Positions 9,254 to 16,896 of a stretch of DNA of 51,955 nucleotides are shown in pieces. Each line of letters starts with the position of its first letter. Within the stretch, counting starts at the first letter, position 1. A program made the position numbers and the translations under genes. The notes beneath the pieces were generated by a model that saw nothing but the letters and a program-made list of their open reading frames with translations, did not search any database and was not told the DNA's origin. The DNA is from Bacteroidales bacterium (lineage in GTDB: Bacteria > Bacteroidota > Bacteroidia > Bacteroidales > UBA932): positions 1-51,955 of the forward strand of contig JAFZAF010000136.1 of assembly GCA_017548335.1 (NCBI GenBank), in the 5' to 3' direction.

Positions 9254-10462
9254 CTAGGCGAGCCGCTTCTCCAGGCGCTCGCGGATGGCCGCGATGAACC
9301 TGGCCGAGTTGACCGGCTGCGGCGTGACGCCCTCCATCAGCGGCACCAGGTCCTTGGTGGCGATGCCTTCGCCCAGGGTGTCGAAGCAGGCCGCTTCCAG
9401 CGAGTCCGCGAACCGGACGAGGTCCTTCAGGCCGTCCTTCTGGCCCCGCTGCCGGAGCGCTCCGCTCCAGGCGAAGATGGTGGCCATCGGGTTCGTGGAA
9501 GTCTCCTCTCCCTGCAGGTACCTGTAGTAATGGCGGGTCACCGTGCCGTGGGCGGCCTCGTACTCATAGTTCCCGTCGGGGCTCACGAGCACGCTGGTCA
9601 TCATCGCCAGGGAACCGAAGGCCGTGGACACCATATCGCTCATCACGTCGCCGTCGTAGTTCTTGCAGGCCCAGATGAATCCGCCCTTGCTGCGGATCAC
9701 GCGGGCCACCGCATCGTCGATCAGGGTGTAGAAATAGGTGATGCCGAGTTCCTCGAAGCGGGCCTTGTATTGCTCGAACACTTCGTCGAAGATCTCGCGG
9801 AAGCGGGCGTCGTAGGTCTTGGAGATGGTGTCCTTGGTGGAGAACCAGAGGTCCTGCCGGGTGTCCGCGGCGAACTGGAAGCAGGCGTGCGCGAAGGAGC
9901 GGATGGATTTGTCCGTGTTGTGCATCCCCTGGACGACGCCGGCGCCCGTGAACTCCTGGATCACCACTTCGTCGTGGCTGCCGTCTTCGCCGTCGAACAC
10001 CAGCTTCGCCGTGCCGGGGCCGCCGATCCGCATCTCCACGCTCTTGTACACGTCTCCGTAGGCGTGTCGGGCGAGGGTGATGGGTTTCTCCCAGTTCTTC
10101 ACCACGGGGTGGATGGAAGGGAGGGTGATGGGGGCGCGGAAGACCGTTCCGTCCAGGATGGAGCGTATGGTGCCGTTGGGGCTCTTCCACATCTGATGCA
10201 GCTTATATTCCGTCATCCGCTGCGCATTGGGGGTGATGGTGGCGCACTTGACGCCCACACCGTATTTCTTGCAGGCGAGGGCCGCCTCTATCGTAATCCG
10301 GTCGCCGGTCTCGTCCCGTTTGGGCAGCCCGAGGTCGTAATACTCCGTCTTGAGGTCCACGAACGGCAGGATGAGTTCATCCTTGATCATCTTCCAGAGT
10401 ATCCGGGTCATCTCGTCACCGTCCATCTCGACGAGGGGAACGGTCATCTTTATCTTATCCAT
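9254..10462 (-). CDS. icd: NADP-dependent isocitrate dehydrogenase (eukaryote-like subfamily II)
   Basis: 402-aa ORF. N-terminus VEMDGDEMTRILWKMIKDELILPFVDL...KCATITPN and overall length match IDH1/IDH2-type NADP-IDH. Confidence 0.95.
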   Translation of the reverse strand: MDKIKMTVPLVEMDGDEMTRILWKMIKDELILPFVDLKTEYYDLGLPKRDETGDRITIEAALACKKYGVGVKCATITPNAQRMTEYKLHQMWKSPNGTIRSILDGTVFRAPITLPSIHPVVKNWEKPITLARHAYGDVYKSVEMRIGGPGTAKLVFDGEDGSHDEVVIQEFTGAGVVQGMHNTDKSIRSFAHACFQFAADTRQDLWFSTKDTISKTYDARFREIFDEVFEQYKARFEELGITYFYTLIDDAVARVIRSKGGFIWACKNYDGDVMSDMVSTAFGSLAMMTSVLVSPDGNYEYEAAHGTVTRHYYRYLQGEETSTNPMATIFAWSGALRQRGQKDGLKDLVRFADSLEAACFDTLGEGIATKDLVPLMEGVTPQPVNSARFIAAIRERLEKRLA

Positions 10463-10504
10463 CCTGTTTGCTTGTTAACGGACGGTAAAGATAATAAAGT
10501 ATTT

Positions 10505-10535
10505 TAAAAAAGAAAAACCGGCATTGGAATGCCGG
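10505..10535 (-). terminator. Rho-independent terminator after tRNA-Val
   Basis: On the minus strand, hairpin CCGGCATT..AATGCCGG immediately after the tRNA 3' end, followed by TTTTTTCTTTTTT. Confidence 0.65.
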
Positions 10536-10539
10536 CTTC

Positions 10540-10617
10540 TGGTAGGGACGATCGGGGTCGAACCGATGACCTCTTGAATGTGACTCAAGCGCTCTGAACC
10601 AACTGAGCTACGCCCCT
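10540..10617 (-). tRNA. tRNA-Val (anticodon CAC), CCA encoded
   Basis: Reverse complement AGGGGCGTAGCTCAGTTGGTTCAGAGCGCTTGAGTCACATTCAAGAGGTCATCGGTTCGACCCCGATCGTCCCTACCA. Acceptor AGGGGCG/CGTCCCT, anticodon stem CTTGA/TCAAG, loop GTCACAT. The cloverleaf is clear. Isotype rests on my manual anticodon placement. Confidence 0.8.
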
Positions 10618-10634
10618 GTCTCATTAAGGGACTG

Positions 10635-10642
10635 CAAAAATA
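10635..10642 (-). promoter_or_regulatory. candidate -7 box (TATTTTTG) for tRNA-Val
   Basis: Plus-strand CAAAAATA is TATTTTTG on the minus strand, 18 nt upstream of the tRNA 5' end. Confidence 0.4.
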
Positions 10643-10674
10643 GACCATTTTTGCGAAATTCGCAAATTTTTTCA

Positions 10675-10682
10675 TACCTTTG
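10675..10682 (+). promoter_or_regulatory. candidate -7 box (TACCTTTG) for tRNA-Ser(CGA)
   Basis: TAnnTTTG match 15 nt upstream of the tRNA 5' end. Divergent from the tRNA-Val promoter, with the palindrome TTGCGAA-A-TTCGCAA between them. Confidence 0.4.
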
Positions 10683-10696
10683 CAATCCCATCAACC

Positions 10697-10781
10697 GGTG
10701 AGTTGTCCGAGTGGTTGAAGGAGCCTGCCTCGAAAACAGGTGTACGGCAACGTACCGGGGGTTCGAATCCCTCACTCACCG
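10697..10781 (+). tRNA. tRNA-Ser (anticodon CGA)
   Basis: GGTGAGTTGTCCGAGTGGTTGAAGGAGCCTGCCTCGAAAACAGG... Acceptor GGTGAGT/ACTCACC, anticodon loop CTCGAAA, long variable arm (GTACGGCAACGTAC), T-loop TTCGAAT. CCA is not encoded. Confidence 0.9.
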
Positions 10782-10787
10782 CTCCAG

Positions 10788-10816
10788 GCGTCTGCTTTGC
10801 AGGCGCTTTTCTTTTT
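10788..10816 (+). terminator. Rho-independent terminator after tRNA-Ser(CGA)
   Basis: Hairpin GCGTCTGC-TTT-GCAGGCGC (one mismatch) followed by TTTTCTTTTT. Confidence 0.65.
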
Positions 10817-10834
10817 CGTATATTTGATGTCGAT

Positions 10835-11980
10835 ATGAAACGACGCGATTTCCTCAAGACGACGGTGGCCGCCGGGGCCGGGGCGGCGCTGCTGGGCACG
10901 GCCGGCGCCTGCGCCCCTCGCAAAGCGGCTCCCAAGCCCTACCGGGTGGGCGGGAAGGCACGGATGCAGCTCCGCTGGGAGCCCTACGAACTGCAGCTGC
11001 AGCACACCTTCACCGTGGCCTCCTACTCCCGCACCACCACGCCGGACGTGCAGGTGGAGATCCACTACGACGGCTTCACCGGCTACGGCGAGGCGTCGAT
11101 GCCCCCGTACCTGGGGCAGACGGTGGAGAGCGTGTGCACCTTCCTGGAGAAGGTAGACCTGGGGCGGTTCGCGGACCCGTTCCAGCTGGAGGACATCCTC
11201 GCCTACGTGGACAGCCTCTCCCCGGGCGACACGGCCGCGAAGGCGGCGGTGGACATCGCCCTGCACGACCTGGTGGGCAAACTTCTCGGCCAGCCCTGGT
11301 GGCGGCTGTGGGGGCTGGACGCGGCCAAGGCGCCGGACACCACCTTCACCATCGGCATCGACACGCCGGAGGTCGTCCGCGAGAAGACGCGCGAGTGCGC
11401 GGACCGCTTCAACATCCTGAAAGTCAAGGTGGGGCTGGACAACGACGAGCAGATGATCCGCACCATCCGGGAAATCACGCAGTTGCCCATCGCCGTGGAC
11501 GCCAATCAGGGCTGGACCGACCGGCAGAAGGCCCTCGACGAGATCTTCTGGCTGAAAGAGCAGGGGGTGGTGATGGTGGAACAGCCGATGCCCCGGGAGC
11601 GCCTGGACGACAACGCGTGGATCACGGAGCGCAGCCCGCTGCCCATCTTCGCCGACGAGGCCATCCAGCGCCTGGCCGACATCCCGGGCATCAAGGGCGC
11701 CTACACGGGCATCAACATCAAGCTGATGAAATGCACCGGGATGCGCGAAGCCTGGAAGATGGCCACCTACGCGCGGGCGGAGGGGATGCGCGTGATGCTG
11801 GGCTGTATGACCGAGACCTCCTGCGCCGTCACGGCCGCCGCCCATCTGTCGCCCGTCGCGGATTTCGCCGACCTGGACGGCAACCTGCTCATCAGCAACG
11901 ACCGCTTCCGGGGGATGACGGTCGAGGCCGGCCGCATCACGCTCCCGGATGCGCCCGGCCTCGGCCTGGTAAAACTTTAA
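10835..11980 (+). CDS. dipeptide epimerase (L-Ala-D/L-Glu epimerase-like, enolase superfamily) with a twin-arginine signal
   Basis: The track ORF starts at 10703 inside the tRNA, so I trimmed it to the ATG at 10835 (MKRRDFLKTTVAAGAGAALLG, a Tat-like signal). Body carries enolase-superfamily landmarks (FNILKVKVG, AVDANQGW, VMVEQP, IFADE, NIKLMKCTG). A TATATTTG -7 box at 10819-10826 lies 8 nt before the ATG. Confidence 0.85.
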   Translation: MKRRDFLKTTVAAGAGAALLGTAGACAPRKAAPKPYRVGGKARMQLRWEPYELQLQHTFTVASYSRTTTPDVQVEIHYDGFTGYGEASMPPYLGQTVESVCTFLEKVDLGRFADPFQLEDILAYVDSLSPGDTAAKAAVDIALHDLVGKLLGQPWWRLWGLDAAKAPDTTFTIGIDTPEVVREKTRECADRFNILKVKVGLDNDEQMIRTIREITQLPIAVDANQGWTDRQKALDEIFWLKEQGVVMVEQPMPRERLDDNAWITERSPLPIFADEAIQRLADIPGIKGAYTGINIKLMKCTGMREAWKMATYARAEGMRVMLGCMTETSCAVTAAAHLSPVADFADLDGNLLISNDRFRGMTVEAGRITLPDAPGLGLVKL

Positions 11981-11983
11981 GTA

Positions 11984-13078
11984 TCAGATAGTCAGCCACT
12001 CCGTGGAGACAATCCCGGTGAAGACCAGGATGCCCGTGGCAATCAGGGACAGCAGCCACAGCACGAAAATCACCAGCCCGGGGTGCCAGCTCGGCGACTT
12101 GAAGCCGAAGAGCAGCTGCAGCCCTCCGTAAAGGATACCCAGGAAGGGGAGGAAGACCACCAATCCCAGCAGGACGTGGATCCACGGCCGCGCCATCGCC
12201 GCCGCGACGGACGGGGCATAGTAGTGGAGTTCGGCCAGACCCTGGTTGTACAGATGCCCGAGTCCGAACAGCCCGCCGTGCTCCACGACGCCGTGTCCGA
12301 ACAGGCCGCTCCCGAAGCCCAGCACGCCGCTGGCGAAGAGTCCGGAGAAGCCGACGATAACCAAAAGCACGCCGATCAGTTTCCCCAGGACGCCGCCCAT
12401 CTCGCTCCAGGCCTTGGACTGACTCACGGACTTGATGGCGTCGCCGACCTCGCGGGCGCCGTTCTCGATGCTCTGCTGGATGCCCAGCACGGTTCCGTCT
12501 TCGCCCCGCTGCTCCCAGCGCTGCTTGGCGGTCTTGGCCGCCGGCATACAGACCCACAGGATAGCGTACAGCACGGGGAAGAACAGGTGGATGGACAGGT
12601 TCAGGTGCCCGTGGAAGTTCCACTTGAAGACGGACAGCCCGAGCACGGTGAACAGGACGAACAGGATGCGGAACAGGGTCTTGTCCACGTTGAAGTAGGC
12701 ACCCAGGCCGCTGCACACACCTGCGACCACCTTGTCGTTCATATCGCGGTAGAGCTTGCGGCGGGGCTTTTCAACCTTCATTCCGGGCTGCGACCCGGAA
12801 TCTCCCTCCGTCGCGTCCTCCTCCTCGATGACCTCCGGCCGCCCGAGGATGCCGATGATCCGCTCGATGTCGGCGCGGGACACGACCCCGTCGCGCCCGC
12901 ACTTCTCGTGCAGCAGTTCCGCCATCCGCTCCTCGATGCCTTCAATGATCTCGCTGCCGCCCTCGCGGCCGGAATAGAAGATCTCCAACTCGCCGAGGTA
13001 GGAGGCGGCCAGCTGCGAGGCGTCCTGCTCCATCGTGAAGGCGTAGCCGCCCAGGCTCACTTTTTCTACTTCTTTCAT
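11984..13078 (-). CDS. PspC domain-containing membrane protein
   Basis: 364-aa ORF with a PspC-domain signature (KLYRDMNDKVVAGVCSGLGAYFNVDKTLFRILFVLFTVLG) and multiple TM segments. Confidence 0.8.
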   Translation of the reverse strand: MKEVEKVSLGGYAFTMEQDASQLAASYLGELEIFYSGREGGSEIIEGIEERMAELLHEKCGRDGVVSRADIERIIGILGRPEVIEEEDATEGDSGSQPGMKVEKPRRKLYRDMNDKVVAGVCSGLGAYFNVDKTLFRILFVLFTVLGLSVFKWNFHGHLNLSIHLFFPVLYAILWVCMPAAKTAKQRWEQRGEDGTVLGIQQSIENGAREVGDAIKSVSQSKAWSEMGGVLGKLIGVLLVIVGFSGLFASGVLGFGSGLFGHGVVEHGGLFGLGHLYNQGLAELHYYAPSVAAAMARPWIHVLLGLVVFLPFLGILYGGLQLLFGFKSPSWHPGLVIFVLWLLSLIATGILVFTGIVSTEWLTI

Positions 13079-13407
13079 ACGTTCTTAAGGGTTTGGATGC
13101 CGTCTACCAGGTCTTTCCAGGCCTCGTCCATCAGGGCGAGCTGCTCCCGGCCCTTGTCGGAAATCACATAATACTTACGGGGCGGGCCCTGGGTGGATTC
13201 CTCCCAGCGGTAGGACAGCAGGCCCTGGTTCTTCTGGCGGATGAGCAGGGGATAGAGCGTGCCTTCCACGACGATCATCCCCACGGCCTTCAACTCCTCG
13301 ATGATGGAGGAAGCGTAGGCCTCGCGTTTGTTGAGGATCGAGAGGATGCAGTATTCCAGCACCCCCTTCCGCATCTGCGTGCGGACGTTTTCAGCTGTGT
13401 TCTCCAT
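13075..13407 (-). CDS. PadR family transcriptional regulator
   Basis: 110-aa ORF with a winged-helix PadR signature (GVLEYCILSIL...GTLYPLLIRQKNQGLLSYRWEES...PRKYYVISDKG). Confidence 0.9.
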   Translation of the reverse strand: MENTAENVRTQMRKGVLEYCILSILNKREAYASSIIEELKAVGMIVVEGTLYPLLIRQKNQGLLSYRWEESTQGPPRKYYVISDKGREQLALMDEAWKDLVDGIQTLKNV

Positions 13408-13410
13408 AAT

Positions 13411-13983
13411 CTACTTCTTTTTGGAATAAGCGGCGATGTTCTCCGCGGTCACGGGTACGCCGTGCATCTCGCATTTCTGCGTGGGCGTGACGGCCTTCGG
13501 GATGGCAATCCAGCAGATCACATAGAGCCAGAAGCCCGCCGTACCGGCCAGCAGTGCCACCAGCATCAGCACGCGGGCGAGCACAACGTCGATGTCCAGG
13601 TAGATGGCAAGGCCCGCGCACACGCCGGCGATGCGCTTGTTGTCGTAGTCGCGGTAGATTTTCTTGCGGATGTTCGCGTCCGGCTCGGTATTCGCGGACT
13701 CCGCGGCCTTCGGATTCTCCGGGCCGCCGTCCGGCATCCCGAGCTGGCCGGTGACGCGCTCCACGAGAGCGATGTTCACGACCCGGGACTCGTCGCCGAT
13801 CTCCTGCAGGAAGAGTTCCGAAATGCGGGTCTCCAGGTCTTCCATCACCTCCGCGTTCTCGCCGGTGGCCGAGGCGGCCAGACGCGCGCGAAAGTGGCCA
13901 AGGTATTCACTCAGACGCTTATAGGCGTCCTCTTCAATCGCGAAGCTTCTGCTTCCGAGGCTGATGTTCAATACTTTTTTCAT
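13411..13983 (-). CDS. PspC domain-containing protein
   Basis: Start trimmed to the ATG at 13983 (MKKVLNISLG...). PspC signature KIYRDYDNKRIAGVCAGLAIYLDIDVVLARVLMLVALL. Confidence 0.8.
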   Translation of the reverse strand: MKKVLNISLGSRSFAIEEDAYKRLSEYLGHFRARLAASATGENAEVMEDLETRISELFLQEIGDESRVVNIALVERVTGQLGMPDGGPENPKAAESANTEPDANIRKKIYRDYDNKRIAGVCAGLAIYLDIDVVLARVLMLVALLAGTAGFWLYVICWIAIPKAVTPTQKCEMHGVPVTAENIAAYSKKK

Positions 13984-14004
13984 TGTTATAGAACTTTGAC
14001 ACTG

Positions 14005-14012
14005 CAAAGATA
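14005..14012 (-). promoter_or_regulatory. candidate -7 box (TATCTTTG) for the PspC-PadR-PspC operon
   Basis: Plus-strand CAAAGATA is TATCTTTG on the minus strand, 22 nt upstream of the ATG at 13983. Confidence 0.4.
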
Positions 14013-14049
14013 TATAAAAAAATTAATACCTTGTATAGCATAGTACTAA

Positions 14050-14092
14050 AAAATGTAAAAAAATTTTGCCCGACCTGGTAGGGGACGGGCAA
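14050..14092 (-). terminator. Rho-independent terminator ending the capsule operon
   Basis: On the minus strand, hairpin TTGCCCG...CGGGCAA followed by AATTTTTTTACATTTTTT. Lies 17 nt past the stop of the HAD-like gene. Confidence 0.65.
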
Positions 14093-14108
14093 ATTCAAGT
14101 TGGGATCA

Positions 14109-14504
14109 TTAACGGAACATCTTGCCGAACAGGGACTTACGGCGTTTCTTGTGCTTTCGTTCCCGCTTCTTGCAGATAATTTCGTAGATCGTGCCCCAGT
14201 CGGGGAGGCCGCCGATGTTGCGGTCGTCGATATACACGTCCGCGATAATCTTGGTTCCCGCCTGTCCGGCGAATAGGGCACCTGCCGGCTGGTTGCTGTT
14301 CACGGCATAGAAATCCAGGCCGCGTTCGTGGCAGAAGTTGACCGCTTTCTCCAGCAGTTCTCCCTCGCGGGAGGTCCACAGGATCAGCCGGTTGCCGTCT
14401 TCCTGCAGTTGCAGCAGGGTTTCGATGGCGAAGGGCTTCTCCTTGCCGATCTCGGGGTATTTGTGCTCGACGATGGTTCCGTCGAAGTCTACGGCGATAG
14501 TCAT
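14109..14504 (-). CDS. small capless HAD-superfamily phosphatase-like protein with a basic C-terminal tail
   Basis: 131-aa ORF. HAD motif I DFDGT at residues 6-10, motif II-like LWTSR, motif IV-like YIDDRN, and no cap insertion. Tail KKRERKHKKRRKSLFGKMFR. The ATG lies 3 nt after the wzc stop. Confidence 0.7.
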   Translation of the reverse strand: MTIAVDFDGTIVEHKYPEIGKEKPFAIETLLQLQEDGNRLILWTSREGELLEKAVNFCHERGLDFYAVNSNQPAGALFAGQAGTKIIADVYIDDRNIGGLPDWGTIYEIICKKRERKHKKRRKSLFGKMFR

Positions 14505-14507
14505 ATG

Positions 14508-16889
14508 CTAGTTGTTGTCGTTTTCTCCGTAACCATAGCCGTAACCATAGCCGTAACCATAGCCGTAACCATAGCCGTAGCCATAGCCGCCGTAGCCGTA
14601 ACCCCGCTTGAGTTCGGCACCGTTGAAGATGATGGCCATATTCTTCAGACGTCCGCTTTCCTGGATGTCATTCAACTGAGGGAGTATGCGACGGTCCAAC
14701 TGGCCGGCGCGCAGGACGAACAGGTTTACATCCACTACCCGGCTGATGATCATCGGATCTGCGACGACCTGCAACGGCACGCTGTCGAGCAGGACGTAGT
14801 CGTAACGCTTGCGCAGTTCGGAGATAAACTCGTCGAAGCGCTTGCGGCTCAGCAGTTCCGTCGGGTTGGGCGGGATGTGTCCGGCCGGGACGAAGTCCAC
14901 GCCTTCCGCCACTTCCTTTCGGATGATGTCCTCCACCCGGATGCTTTCTTCATAGAGATAGTTGGACAGGCCGGTGGTCTTGTGCTTCAGACCGAACGCC
15001 TTGGAAATGGTCCGCTTGCGGAGGTCAAGGTCCACAAGCACCACCTTCTTCCGGGCATCCGCCAGGCATCGTGCCATATTGGCACTAATAAAAGTCTTAC
15101 CGGCCGAGACGGCAAAGGATGTCGTCGCAATCACGGGATGGTCCACTCCTTCGGGCTTCATAAAATCGAGGTTGGTGCACATCATACGCATCGCCTCGGT
15201 GAAAACGCTTTTGCTTGATGCGTCGTATTTGATGGGGGACTCAGGTTCTTCCGTGTCTTTCTTTTTACGATGGCCCTTTTTCTTGTGTTGTGTAAGCGGG
15301 ATTTCTGCAAGGACCGGCACGGACACAAGTTCCTCGATCTCCTTGCGCGAGCGAACCTTGGTGTCAAGGAAAAGGCGGGCGATGAGGATCACGGCCGGGA
15401 CCAACAGGCCCACCAGCAGGGCTAGCATCAGCATCCTGTTGCGTTGCGGGTAAACCGGAGCCCAGGATCCTTCCGGACTGTCGATCATCCGGGCGTTGTT
15501 GTCGGCCATCGCCTGCGTAAGGGCATTTTCCTCTCGCTTGTTGAGCAGGAAAACATAAAGCTGCTCCTTGATCTGCTGCTGGCGCTCGATGTTCAGCATC
15601 TGCTTGGCCTTGGCCGGCATCGCGGTGAACTTCTGGATGGAGGAGGTCTCCTGGCGGGAGAGGTCCTGCTTTTGGACGTTCAGGCTGGTGAGCAGGTTCT
15701 GGATGATGCCGAGGATATTCTGACGCAGGGATTCGATGTTTCCTTCCACCTGCTTGACTGCGGGGCTGACGGCACTCGAGGCGGCCACCAATTTCTCCCG
15801 GCGCAGGATCAGTTCGTTGTATTGGCTGATGGCCTTGTCGGCATTGGCATCATTGAGGCCAGTGTTCACGGGAATCATCTCGAAAGAACCGATAGAACCC
15901 CGCACATAATCGCGCAGGTACTCGGCAAGGGAGATCCGGGTTTCGATCTGAACGATTTCCGCATTGTAACCGCGGCTCTCGTTAAGGTAGCGGGATGCGG
16001 CTTCGTCCACATCCATAATCCGCTGGGAACTCTTGAATGCGGCCAGGTTATCTTCCACGGCACCCAGTTCGTCCTGGATGATGACCAGGCGCTCGTTGAT
16101 GAAAGCGGCGGTGTTCACGGCCACGCGGTTCTTCTCCCGGATGGCGTCTTCGTTATACTTCTCAATCAGCACGTTGAGGATATCGCAGGCACGTTGGACA
16201 TTGAAATCCTGCTGCGAAAGGGAGAGGATATTGGAGTCCTGGCTGATCTGCAACCGGGACAGGAATGACGCCGCCTGTTGTTGAGAGGGCACCTTCCGGA
16301 CGGTGATCATACGCCCGAAAGCGGCTTCGTTGTAGAAGGATGTGGGTTGGAAAACGGCCCGACCACCGGCCAGGGCGATAGTATCGCCCAAGGCAACCTT
16401 CTGCGTGGCGTTACCGATTACAAGTTGGAGGGTCTTGGCGTCCAGCGGAGTTACTTGTGCGACGAACGGGCCGGGCTCTTCACCGTCCTCACGGGAGAAA
16501 AAGAGACGTATCGGCGCATTGCGGTAAAGTTCGATGTCGCGAAGGCGGATATGTTGCTTATAATCGATGTCGGCATCCAGGGAACGTACCACCTCGGTCA
16601 TCATCGCCTTTGATTGCAGCTGAAGCATTTCATTGCTCATACTGACGGTGTTGATGATGTTGCTGTAGTTGTCCATCCGGACAGAACGGGTGGAGTTGGT
16701 CGGGTCCTTGATAATGACCGTTACGTTGCTCCGGTAGAGCAACGGACTTTTGGAATAGCGGTACCAGGCATAGCCTACGGCAAGGGCTGCGCAGAGCAGG
16801 AACCAGTACCAATGGCTCAAAAGGTAAAAGAACAGGTCGACCAAATTGACTTGTTCTCCGCGGGAATTCTTTTTCAGGGAGGTATCCAT
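14508..16889 (-). CDS. wzc: polysaccharide co-polymerase / tyrosine autokinase (Wzc, BY-kinase)
   Basis: 793-aa ORF. Has an N-terminal Wzz-like chain-length domain with two TM segments. Carries Walker A (SAGKTF), Walker A' (VVLVDLDLRKR) and Walker B (YVLLDSVP). C-terminal Tyr cluster GYGYGGYGYGYGYGYGYGYGYGYGYGENDNN. Confidence 0.9.
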   Translation of the reverse strand: MDTSLKKNSRGEQVNLVDLFFYLLSHWYWFLLCAALAVGYAWYRYSKSPLLYRSNVTVIIKDPTNSTRSVRMDNYSNIINTVSMSNEMLQLQSKAMMTEVVRSLDADIDYKQHIRLRDIELYRNAPIRLFFSREDGEEPGPFVAQVTPLDAKTLQLVIGNATQKVALGDTIALAGGRAVFQPTSFYNEAAFGRMITVRKVPSQQQAASFLSRLQISQDSNILSLSQQDFNVQRACDILNVLIEKYNEDAIREKNRVAVNTAAFINERLVIIQDELGAVEDNLAAFKSSQRIMDVDEAASRYLNESRGYNAEIVQIETRISLAEYLRDYVRGSIGSFEMIPVNTGLNDANADKAISQYNELILRREKLVAASSAVSPAVKQVEGNIESLRQNILGIIQNLLTSLNVQKQDLSRQETSSIQKFTAMPAKAKQMLNIERQQQIKEQLYVFLLNKREENALTQAMADNNARMIDSPEGSWAPVYPQRNRMLMLALLVGLLVPAVILIARLFLDTKVRSRKEIEELVSVPVLAEIPLTQHKKKGHRKKKDTEEPESPIKYDASSKSVFTEAMRMMCTNLDFMKPEGVDHPVIATTSFAVSAGKTFISANMARCLADARKKVVLVDLDLRKRTISKAFGLKHKTTGLSNYLYEESIRVEDIIRKEVAEGVDFVPAGHIPPNPTELLSRKRFDEFISELRKRYDYVLLDSVPLQVVADPMIISRVVDVNLFVLRAGQLDRRILPQLNDIQESGRLKNMAIIFNGAELKRGYGYGGYGYGYGYGYGYGYGYGYGYGENDNN
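14529..14603. repeat. in-frame 12-bp tandem repeat encoding the (GY)n tail of Wzc
   Basis: GTAACCATAGCC repeated four times perfectly (14529-14576), followed by the degenerate units GTAGCCATAGCC and GCCGTAGCCGTAACC. Confidence 0.95.
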
Positions 16890-16896
16890 AAGGTAA

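Noticed and set aside
8344-10781. tRNA genes as a possible integration site marking the capsule region as a genomic island
   Set aside because: There is no integrase, no direct repeat of a tRNA 3' end and no mobile-element gene in the window. Ordinary housekeeping genes (epimerase, PspC/PadR) lie between the tRNAs and the capsule locus.
10703-10834. N-terminal extension of the epimerase ORF, and small ORFs 10475-10675 and 10672-10935
   Set aside because: They overlap tRNA-Val and tRNA-Ser(CGA) and their terminators. The epimerase has a sensible Tat-signal start at 10835 preceded by a -7 box.
14529-14603. Possibility that the short tandem repeats represent a CRISPR-like or intergenic repeat array
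   Set aside because: The units are 12 bp, contiguous without spacers and lie in frame inside wzc, encoding the GY tail. This is not a CRISPR array.
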